Assembly: GCA_918285425.1 (NCBI GenBank)
Contig: CAKJZE010000049.1
Span: 1 to 49,060, forward strand
Length of the DNA stretch: 49,060 nt
DNA from: Clostridiales bacterium
Lineage (GTDB): Bacteria > Bacillota > Clostridia > Christensenellales > UBA1242
Direction: 5' to 3'
The notes beneath the pieces are model-generated. The model made no database searches. It saw nothing but the letters and a program-made list of their open reading frames with translations, and had not been told where the DNA came from. This document shows, one piece after another, positions 35,834 to 43,284 of this stretch. The position numbers and the translations under genes were made by a program. Positions within the stretch are counted from its first letter, which is position 1. Each line of letters starts with the position of its first letter.

Positions 35834-36554
35834 TAATGGTAGTTTCGTAGAAATATATGAAACAAACCACTCCGCATTTTCATATAAAAGATCAGAAGTT
35901 ATAAAAAATTTTTTAGAAAACAAAAAAATTAAAGTAAAAAACTGCCTGGATTTAGCGTGTGGAACGGGTCTGTTTCTTAACAACTTTTGTAAAACATGCG
36001 ATTTAACAGGAATGGGACTTGATTTTTCTGAAAAAATGATAAATTTTGCAAATAAAAATGTTAACAACAAAAATTTAACATTTTTACTTGGAGATATGAC
36101 AGACTTTAGCATAAATAAAAAATTTGATCTAATTACGTGTAATTATAATTCAATTAATGAAATTTTAGATGATCAAAAACTAAACAATATGTTTATATGT
36201 TGCTATAATCATTTAAACAATGGGGCTTTTTTCATGTTCGATTTTAACACACCAAGAAAGTATATAGAAGGAAAAAAATATAATTACTACAAAGAAAAAG
36301 ACTTTAACATGGTTGCTGAAAGAATTAAAGAAAAGAATAATCTAGTATTATATAACTACCACATTTACAAAAAAACACATAACAACACTTACATAATTGA
36401 AAACACACAAATGTATGAAAAATTTTTTGAGCCAAAATATATTAAAAAGTTGCTCAAAAATAATGGTTTTAAAAAAATACGCTTTTTAGATGAAAATTTT
36501 AAAAGAACCAATGTAAAAAAATTAAAAAGAATTTTTGTGGTTTGCAAAAAATAA
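35817..36554 (+). CDS. Class I SAM-dependent methyltransferase
   Basis: 245 aa with motif I CLDLACGTGLF, then GLDFS. A GGAGGA RBS precedes the ATG, and the gene overlaps the upstream gene by 17 nt. Confidence 0.75.
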   Translation: MRPFYDNGSFVEIYETNHSAFSYKRSEVIKNFLENKKIKVKNCLDLACGTGLFLNNFCKTCDLTGMGLDFSEKMINFANKNVNNKNLTFLLGDMTDFSINKKFDLITCNYNSINEILDDQKLNNMFICCYNHLNNGAFFMFDFNTPRKYIEGKKYNYYKEKDFNMVAERIKEKNNLVLYNYHIYKKTHNNTYIIENTQMYEKFFEPKYIKKLLKNNGFKKIRFLDENFKRTNVKKLKRIFVVCKK

Positions 36555-36614
36555 TCAACATATTCATACTTAAACATATAATAAAAGCAAATACATATAA
36601 TTTAAAAATAATAA

Positions 36615-36646
36615 TAGGATAAGACAAAAATCTTATCCTATTTTTT
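36615..36646. terminator. Terminator closing the rSAM cassette (may also terminate the convergent tRNA-Arg)
   Basis: taggataaga-caaaaa-tcttatccta, a perfect 10-bp stem, followed by tttttt. Confidence 0.6.
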
Positions 36647-36652
36647 ACTCTT

Positions 36653-36729
<77 letters not shown>

Positions 36730-36759
36730 ATAGGTTAGTGCCTTGTTGCAAGCTAAATT

Positions 36760-36788
36760 AATATAACATATTTATAACTTGTTGTCAA
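36760..36788 (-). promoter_or_regulatory. Sigma-A-type promoter for tRNA-Arg
   Basis: Minus strand has TTGACA (36788-36783), a 17-nt spacer and TATATT (36765-36760). Confidence 0.5.
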
Positions 36789-37008
36789 TTGTATGTATAG
36801 TTGTTACGCTGCAAAATGATGTAAATTTTTAAAGATGATATTAGTTTATTATTGTAAAAATTTATTAAAATGTAAAAACTTAATTATAAATTTAACATAT
36901 TTACTTTTTAAAATTTTGGCCATTTTGCAAAAAATAAAATTGTAATTTTTTTCAACTTTATGCAACTTGTACAAAGAAAAAATTTTTTCATTTTTTTTAA
37001 TTTTTTAT

Positions 37009-37037
37009 TTGACAAATGTTTTTGGTTGGTATATATT
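37009..37037 (+). promoter_or_regulatory. Sigma-A-type promoter for the nrdD operon
   Basis: TTGACA (37009-37014), a 17-nt spacer and TATATT (37032-37037). Confidence 0.5.
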
Positions 37038-37041
37038 GAAA

Positions 37042-37090
37042 CCACAATCTGTTGGGGTGGCTTCCAAAATACAACCACAATATATTGTAT
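37042..37090 (+). promoter_or_regulatory. Two putative NrdR boxes (37042-37057 CCACAATCTGTTGGGG; 37075-37090 CCACAATATATTGTAT)
   Basis: Box 2 matches about 14/16 and box 1 about 11/16 positions of the NrdR palindrome acaCwAtATaTwGtgt, recalled from memory. The boxes are 33 bp centre to centre, lie immediately downstream of the -10, and sit upstream of an RNR gene. Confidence 0.45.
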
Positions 37091-37118
37091 CTATATCACA
37101 TTACAAAGGAGACCAGAT

Positions 37119-39482
37119 ATGATCAAATCTATTATTAAGAGGGATGGAAGAATTGTTGACTATGACATTGCTAAAATTGAAAATGCAATAACAAAAGCAA
37201 TGCTTAGTCTTGGGTATGGTGAGATTAAAGATGTCAAGAAAATGGCAAAAATCACTGAACTTTATTTGTCTGAAAAATTTACAGATAAAATTCCAAGCGT
37301 TGAAGACGTACAAGACACAGTTGAGAGCGTTTTGATGAAAAACGGATATGAAGATGTGGCAAAAGCATACATTTTGTATCGTCGCGATCATGAAAAATTA
37401 CGCAACATTAAGGGTACACTTTTTGACTATAAGGATACAGTTGAAAAATATTTGAATATTGCTGACTGGCGTGTTAAAGAAAACTCTACTGTAACATACT
37501 CTGTCGGTGGACTTATTCTTTCAAACTCTGGTGCAATAACTGCAAACTATTGGCTTAATGACGTGTATGACACAGAAATTGGCCAAGCTCACAAAAATGC
37601 AGATATTCACATTCATGATTTGAGCATGCTTACAGGATATTGTGCAGGTTGGTCACTTAAACAACTTATACAAGAAGGTCTTGGTGGTGTTCCAGGAAAA
37701 ATCACAAGTTCACCAGCATCTCACCTTTCAACACTATGCAACCAAATGGTAAACTTCCTTGGTATTATGCAAAATGAGTGGGCAGGTGCACAAGCATTCT
37801 CTTCTTTTGATACCTACCTTGCTCCATTTGTTAAGATTGATAATCTTTCATACAAAGAAGTTAAACAATGCATACAATCATTTATATATGGCGTAAACAC
37901 TCCATCAAGATGGGGAACACAAGCACCATTCACAAACATAACTCTTGACTGGGTTGTACCTGCAGACCTTGCAGAACTTAACTGCATAGTTGGTGGTAAA
38001 GAGCAAAACTTTAAATACAAAGATTGCGCAAAAGAGATGGCAATGGTCAACAAAGCCTTCATCGAAATCATGATTGAAGGTGATGCTAACGGTCGTGGAT
38101 TCCAATACCCTATTCCAACCTATTCAATCACAAGAAACTTTGACTGGTCAGAGACAGAGAATAACAAATTATTGTTTGAAATGGCAACAAAATATGGAAC
38201 ACCTTACTTCTCTAACTATATCAACAGCGATATGGAACCAAGCGACGTAAGAAGTATGTGTTGCAGACTTCGTCTTGACCTTCGTGAGCTTCGTAAAAAA
38301 TCTGGTGGATTCTTTGGATCAGGTGAAAGCACAGGAAGTGTAGGCGTTGTAACAATCAACATGCCAAGAATTGCATACCTTTCACAAACTGAAGAAGAGT
38401 TCTTTGACAGACTTACAAAGATGATGGACATTTCTGCAAGAAGCCTTAAAGTTAAACGTGAAACCATCACAAAACTTCTTGAAGCAGGACTTTATCCTTA
38501 CACAAAAAGATATCTTGGAACATTTAACAACCACTTCTCTACAATTGGACTTGTTGGTATGAACGAAGCTTGCCTTAATGCAAAATGGATCCAAAAAGAT
38601 ATGACAAATAAAGAAGCTCAAGAATTCACAAAGAAAGTTCTTAACTTCATGAGAAATCGTCTTTCAGACTATCAAGAGATGTATGGTGATCTTTACAACC
38701 TTGAAGCAACACCTGCAGAGTCAACATCATATCGTCTTGCAAAACACGATAAGAAACGTTATCCTGACATCATCACAGCTTCAACAAATGATACTCCATT
38801 CTATACAAACTCAAGTCACCTTCCAGTTGGATACACTGATGATATCTTTAAAGCACTTGATATTCAAGATGATTTACAGACACTTTACACTTCAGGTACT
38901 GTGTTCCATGCATTCCTTGGACAAAAACTTGAGGATTGGAAAGTTACAATGAATCTTGTAAGAAAGATTGCTGAAAACTACCGTTTGCCATACTATACAA
39001 TCAGCCCAACATACTCAATTTGCACAACTCATGGTTATATTGAGGGTGAAAAATATGTTTGTCCTGACTGTGGTAAAACAACTGAAGTTTACAGCAGAAT
39101 TACTGGTTACTATCGCCCTATCGCAAACTGGAACGATGGTAAATCACAAGAGTTTGAACAAAGAAAAGAGTATGACATTGCAAACTCACATCTTACACAT
39201 TCTGGTTGTGCTTGTCACGCAACCACACAGCTTGAAGAAACAGATGTAAACGTTGATCGTCCATTACTTTTCACAACAAAGACTTGTCCAAATTGCAAAA
39301 TGGCAAAGATGCTTCTTGCAAAAGCAGGCGTTGATGTTGAAATCATTGATGCAAACGAAAACGCAGACCTTACAAAACAATATGGCGTTGTTAAAGCACC
39401 AACAATGTTTGTCAAAGTCAATGGTGAAAATGTGAGACTTGAAAATGTTTCAGACATCAAAAAATTCGTAGAAGCTAAATAG
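37119..39482 (+). CDS. nrdD: Anaerobic ribonucleoside-triphosphate reductase (class III, NrdD) with N-terminal ATP-cone and a C-terminal thioredoxin-fold (CPNC) extension
   Basis: Start placed at ATG 37119, preceded by AAAGGAG. The ORF-track start at 36960 covers the promoter and NrdR boxes. Recognised elements are the ATP-cone MIKSIIKRDGRIVDYD, MCCRLRLD, CPDCG, and the glycyl-radical motif SRITGYYRP. About 100 extra aa then follow, containing LLFTTKTCPNCKMAK...VKAPTMFV. Confidence 0.95.
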   Translation: MIKSIIKRDGRIVDYDIAKIENAITKAMLSLGYGEIKDVKKMAKITELYLSEKFTDKIPSVEDVQDTVESVLMKNGYEDVAKAYILYRRDHEKLRNIKGTLFDYKDTVEKYLNIADWRVKENSTVTYSVGGLILSNSGAITANYWLNDVYDTEIGQAHKNADIHIHDLSMLTGYCAGWSLKQLIQEGLGGVPGKITSSPASHLSTLCNQMVNFLGIMQNEWAGAQAFSSFDTYLAPFVKIDNLSYKEVKQCIQSFIYGVNTPSRWGTQAPFTNITLDWVVPADLAELNCIVGGKEQNFKYKDCAKEMAMVNKAFIEIMIEGDANGRGFQYPIPTYSITRNFDWSETENNKLLFEMATKYGTPYFSNYINSDMEPSDVRSMCCRLRLDLRELRKKSGGFFGSGESTGSVGVVTINMPRIAYLSQTEEEFFDRLTKMMDISARSLKVKRETITKLLEAGLYPYTKRYLGTFNNHFSTIGLVGMNEACLNAKWIQKDMTNKEAQEFTKKVLNFMRNRLSDYQEMYGDLYNLEATPAESTSYRLAKHDKKRYPDIITASTNDTPFYTNSSHLPVGYTDDIFKALDIQDDLQTLYTSGTVFHAFLGQKLEDWKVTMNLVRKIAENYRLPYYTISPTYSICTTHGYIEGEKYVCPDCGKTTEVYSRITGYYRPIANWNDGKSQEFEQRKEYDIANSHLTHSGCACHATTQLEETDVNVDRPLLFTTKTCPNCKMAKMLLAKAGVDVEIIDANENADLTKQYGVVKAPTMFVKVNGENVRLENVSDIKKFVEAK

Positions 39483-39490
39483 GAGCAAAT

Positions 39491-40405
39491 ATGTTTGACG
39501 TAATTATTATAGGGGGCGGAATGGCAGGTATGACATCTGCCCTCTATTGTTTAAGAAATAATAAAACTGTTCTCGTCATAGAAAAAGAGGCTGTGGGTGG
39601 ACAAATCGCCAAGTCTCCTAAAGTAGAGAACTACCCAACAATAAAGCAAATTTCAGGCACTGAACTTGCAGACCAGCTGTTTGATCAAATTATGGAGCTT
39701 GGCGCAGAGTTTGAGCTTGACAATGTAAAGCAAATATCAAAAGAAAACAACATTTTTAATGTAGTTACAGAGTACAACACATATCAAGGCAAGTCTGTCA
39801 TCATTGCAACCGGATCAAAACCAAGAATGCTGGGCATTGAAAATGAAGAAAAATTACTTGGCAAAGGCGTTTATTATTGTGCAATCTGTGATGGCCCATT
39901 TTTTGCCGGCCAAGAGGTTGTTTTGATTGGTGACGCCAACAGTGCAATGCAGTATGCTCTTATGCTTTCAGGCTATTGCACAAAGGTTAAAATGATGGCA
40001 CTTTTCGATCATCTTTTTGGTGAAAAAAGCCTTCAAGATGCCGTTAACAGAACTGAAAACATAGAAATTCGCTATAATATGGAAGCCGTTAAATTTATTG
40101 GCGAAGAAAACATAAACAGTGTGCTTTTTAAGGACAAAATCACTGGTGAGGAGGTTGTTTATAACACCCCTGCAGTATTTGTTGCCATTGGACAAGTTCC
40201 TGACAATAAGATCTTTTCAGAGCTTGCCGAACTTGACAAAGCTGGCTATATTGTGGCTGACGAAAAATGCACAACAAAAACTGATGGTTTATTTGTTGCC
40301 GGCGACTGCAGAGTTAAGCAAGTTCGCCAAGTTACAACAGCGATTGGTGACGGAGCTGTTGCAGCTGTATCAGCGTGCAGATACATTGACAGTATGGAGT
40401 TTTAA
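39491..40405 (+). CDS. Thioredoxin-disulfide-reductase-family flavoprotein lacking the canonical NADPH-binding motifs
   Basis: 304 aa with FAD motif IIIGGGMAGMTSA and redox CAICDG. Where E. coli TrxR has GGGNTA and HRRDGFRA, this protein has GDANSA and ALFDHLFG. C-terminal FVAGDC is present. Confidence 0.8.
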   Translation: MFDVIIIGGGMAGMTSALYCLRNNKTVLVIEKEAVGGQIAKSPKVENYPTIKQISGTELADQLFDQIMELGAEFELDNVKQISKENNIFNVVTEYNTYQGKSVIIATGSKPRMLGIENEEKLLGKGVYYCAICDGPFFAGQEVVLIGDANSAMQYALMLSGYCTKVKMMALFDHLFGEKSLQDAVNRTENIEIRYNMEAVKFIGEENINSVLFKDKITGEEVVYNTPAVFVAIGQVPDNKIFSELAELDKAGYIVADEKCTTKTDGLFVAGDCRVKQVRQVTTAIGDGAVAAVSACRYIDSMEF

Positions 40406-40407
40406 TT

Positions 40408-41094
40408 ATGCAAATACTTGGAATTGAAAAAGTTTCAATGGTGGATTTTCCAAATAAAATTGCAACAACCGTATTTACTGGCGGCTGCAATTTTCGTTGT
40501 CCGTTTTGCCATAACTCTGGCATAGTCAAACAAGAGTATTCTGTTGTTGATATAAACGAATTTTTTGAATATCTTGAATCTCGAAAAAAACTGCTTGATG
40601 CAGTGGTTGTCAGCGGCGGAGAACCAACACTTCAAAACGACCTTCCAGAGTTTATTGCAAAGATAAAAGCAATGGGCTATTTGGTAAAACTTGACACAAA
40701 CGGATCAAACCCTTTTATGCTTAAAAATTTACTTGAAAAAAAGCTTGTTGACTATGTGGCAATGGACATTAAAAACAATTTTGAAGATTATGACAAAATA
40801 ACCGGAATCAAAAATATCAATACTGAAAACATTAAAAAATCTTTGGAATTATTACATCAATTTAACACTCCTTACGAGCTTCGTACCACACTTGTTAACG
40901 AGTTTCACAAGGAAGCAAACATAGAAAAACTTGCACAAGACCTTACAGGTGAACATATACTTTATCTGCAAAAATTTGTTGATACTGACACCTGCTTTGA
41001 GCATGGGCTTTCAGAAGTTGACAAGATGACAGCTGTGTACTTCACTGGAATACTTAAAAAGACAATTGACAACGTTCTACTCCGCGGATATTAA
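40408..41094 (+). CDS. nrdG: Anaerobic ribonucleotide reductase activating protein (radical SAM)
   Basis: 228 aa with FTGGCNFRCPFCHN, VVVSGGEPTL and KLDTNG. Confidence 0.9.
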   Translation: MQILGIEKVSMVDFPNKIATTVFTGGCNFRCPFCHNSGIVKQEYSVVDINEFFEYLESRKKLLDAVVVSGGEPTLQNDLPEFIAKIKAMGYLVKLDTNGSNPFMLKNLLEKKLVDYVAMDIKNNFEDYDKITGIKNINTENIKKSLELLHQFNTPYELRTTLVNEFHKEANIEKLAQDLTGEHILYLQKFVDTDTCFEHGLSEVDKMTAVYFTGILKKTIDNVLLRGY

Positions 41095-41112
41095 AATGCC
41101 ATATAAAAAATT

Positions 41113-41146
41113 AAGTCCATAGACAAAGTCTATGGACTTTTTATTT
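41113..41146 (+). terminator. Terminator after nrdG
   Basis: aagtccatagac-aaa-gtctatggactt followed by tttattt. Confidence 0.65.
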
Positions 41147-41258
41147 AAATACAAAAATTTTTAATCTTTGTCATCTTTGATATTTTTTCAAAAACTTTTC
41201 TTAAAAAGTTGACATTGCTCCACATGTAAAACTAAACTTATTAGTGAGGATGAAAAAT

Positions 41259-41735
41259 ATGAAACTTAAAAAAAGTTTTGTTCTTATTTTATTTTTTGTT
41301 AGCATTTTTTGTTTTGTTGGTTGTTCTTCAAATCCAACATCTTCATCACCATCCTTAAAAAGTGGAACAGTAACAATATCAAAATCTAATGCTGCAAGCT
41401 ATGTAAAAAATTTAGAAATTATAGACATTAATAACGTAGGCAACAACGTCACATTTAAATTTAAATTAACATTAAATAGTCAAATTAAATCTATAAGCAA
41501 TGTTAAAATAACTTACTCAGGATTTTTAAAAATCAATTATGTTGCTTCAAATGGCTCAAAATTGCAAAAACAGTGGGGATATGTTTCATTTACATTCAAT
41601 TTTAAAAATTCTCTTGAGTGTATAACCACTAAGACAGTATATAACAATGCAAATCATACAATATCAAGAATTGAGGATGCATCCATAGGGAACAAATATA
41701 TAAGCAGTGCCTCTGGCACAATATCTATTAACTAA
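41259..41735 (+). CDS. Small lipoprotein
   Basis: Start placed at ATG 41259, 8 nt after GTGAGGA. The signal peptide with lipobox is MKLKKSFVLILFFVSIFCFVGC|SSNP. Confidence 0.6.
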   Translation: MKLKKSFVLILFFVSIFCFVGCSSNPTSSSPSLKSGTVTISKSNAASYVKNLEIIDINNVGNNVTFKFKLTLNSQIKSISNVKITYSGFLKINYVASNGSKLQKQWGYVSFTFNFKNSLECITTKTVYNNANHTISRIEDASIGNKYISSASGTISIN

Positions 41736-41751
41736 AGAGAGGAGCAATTTT

Positions 41752-43230
41752 ATGACAGGATTTGACAATGCAAAATATATCAAACTTCAAACAGAGGAAA
41801 TAACCAAAAGAATTAACAATTTTTCCAATAAGCTTTATATGGAAATAGGCGGAAAATTATTTGATGATCTGCACGCTGCAAGAGTTCTTCCTGGCTATGA
41901 TTCTGGAAATAAAATCAAAATTTTAAAGAAATTAAAAGATAAGTGCGAAATAATTTTTGTTATAAGCGCAAAACATATTGAAAAACATAAAGTTCGCGCA
42001 GATTTTTCCATCACTTACGATGCGGAAGTCTTGCGTCAAATTGACAACCTGCGTGCTGAAGGATTGACAGTAAGCAGTATTGTAATTACTCTCTTTACTG
42101 GCCAAGCAGGCGCTCTCGCCTTTGCTGAAAAACTTAAAGCACGTGGTGAAAAAGTATATTTCCACGCACCAACACCAGGTTATCCAAATGATGTGGAAAC
42201 AATTGTAAGTGACAACGGATATGGAGCCAATCCATATATTGAAACAAAAATGCCTCTTGTGGTCATCACTGCACCTGGCCCTGGCAGCGGAAAACTTGGA
42301 ACTTGCTTAAGTCAACTTTATCATGAATATAAACGTGGAGTTAAAGCGGGCTATGCCAAATATGAGACTTTCCCTGTTTGGAATATGGAGCTTAAACACC
42401 CAGTAAATATTGCCTATGAGGCGGCAACTGCCGACCTTGGAGATATCAACATGATTGACAGTTTCCACCTTGCAGCTTATAACAAAATAGCAATAAACTA
42501 TAACCGAGACCTTGAGTGTTTCCCTGTTGTACAAAACATAATTACAAAAATTACAGGAAATCCAAAACTTTATCAATCCCCTACTGACATGGGCGTAAAC
42601 ATGGTTGGATTTTGTATTAAAGACGACAAAGCAGTGCGTCATGCAAGTCAAATGGAGGTTATCCGCAGATACCAAAAATCTCTTGTTGACAAAATCACTG
42701 CCGGTGGGAGCAAAGAGGCTCCAAAACGCATTGAACTTCTTATGAGCCAAATGAACATAAGCCTTGCCGACAGGCCAGTTGTTGAAAAAGTTCGTGAGTA
42801 TGCAAACCAATTTGACATGCCAATTTGTGGCATAGACTTGAAGAAAAAAGTTGTCTATGGAAAGAGTAAAGACCTGCTTTCAGCAAGCGCTGCTGCAGTT
42901 TTAAACGCCTTAAAAGAACTTTCAAAAATTGACGATAAATTTGAGCTTCTTTCCGAACAATTTTTAACCCCAATTTGTGCATTAAAGGAGAATGTTTTAG
43001 GCGTTCGTAAAGGTCAACTAAACTTAAAAGAAGCTTTGATGGTGCTTTCAATCTCAAGTGTTATTAACCCACTTGCAAAAGACGCACTTTCAAAAATTGA
43101 CAAACTTAAAGGTCTTGAAGCACACTCTTCTTGCATACTTGACAAAGAAGAAGAACAAACACTAAAAAAACTTGGTCTTTTCATCACAACTGAACCAATT
43201 TTCTCAAGCAACAACCTTTATCAGTTATAA
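41752..43230 (+). CDS. UPF0371/DUF1846 family protein
   Basis: Start placed at ATG 41752, preceded by AGAGAGGAG. FDNAKYIKLQTEEITKRINNFSNKLYMEIGGKLFDDLHAARVLPGYD is near-identical in pattern to streptococcal UPF0371 N-termini. Confidence 0.8.
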   Translation: MTGFDNAKYIKLQTEEITKRINNFSNKLYMEIGGKLFDDLHAARVLPGYDSGNKIKILKKLKDKCEIIFVISAKHIEKHKVRADFSITYDAEVLRQIDNLRAEGLTVSSIVITLFTGQAGALAFAEKLKARGEKVYFHAPTPGYPNDVETIVSDNGYGANPYIETKMPLVVITAPGPGSGKLGTCLSQLYHEYKRGVKAGYAKYETFPVWNMELKHPVNIAYEAATADLGDINMIDSFHLAAYNKIAINYNRDLECFPVVQNIITKITGNPKLYQSPTDMGVNMVGFCIKDDKAVRHASQMEVIRRYQKSLVDKITAGGSKEAPKRIELLMSQMNISLADRPVVEKVREYANQFDMPICGIDLKKKVVYGKSKDLLSASAAAVLNALKELSKIDDKFELLSEQFLTPICALKENVLGVRKGQLNLKEALMVLSISSVINPLAKDALSKIDKLKGLEAHSSCILDKEEEQTLKKLGLFITTEPIFSSNNLYQL

Positions 43231-43242
43231 AGATAAAATTAT

Positions 43243-43272
43243 AAAAAACTCCATGTTAAATGGAGTTTTTTA
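43243..43272. terminator. Bidirectional terminator between the DUF1846 gene and the giant gene
   Basis: aaaaaactcca-tgttaaa-tggagtttttt. Confidence 0.65.
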
Positions 43273-43284
43273 TTTTTAATTATA

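Noticed and set aside
36960-37118. N-terminal 53-aa extension of the nrdD ORF given in the ORF track (start 36960).
   Set aside because: The extension covers the predicted promoter (37009-37037) and the NrdR boxes, and its composition is low-complexity and F/I-rich. The ATG at 37119 has a perfect AAAGGAG RBS and begins exactly at the ATP-cone (MIKSIIKRDGR).
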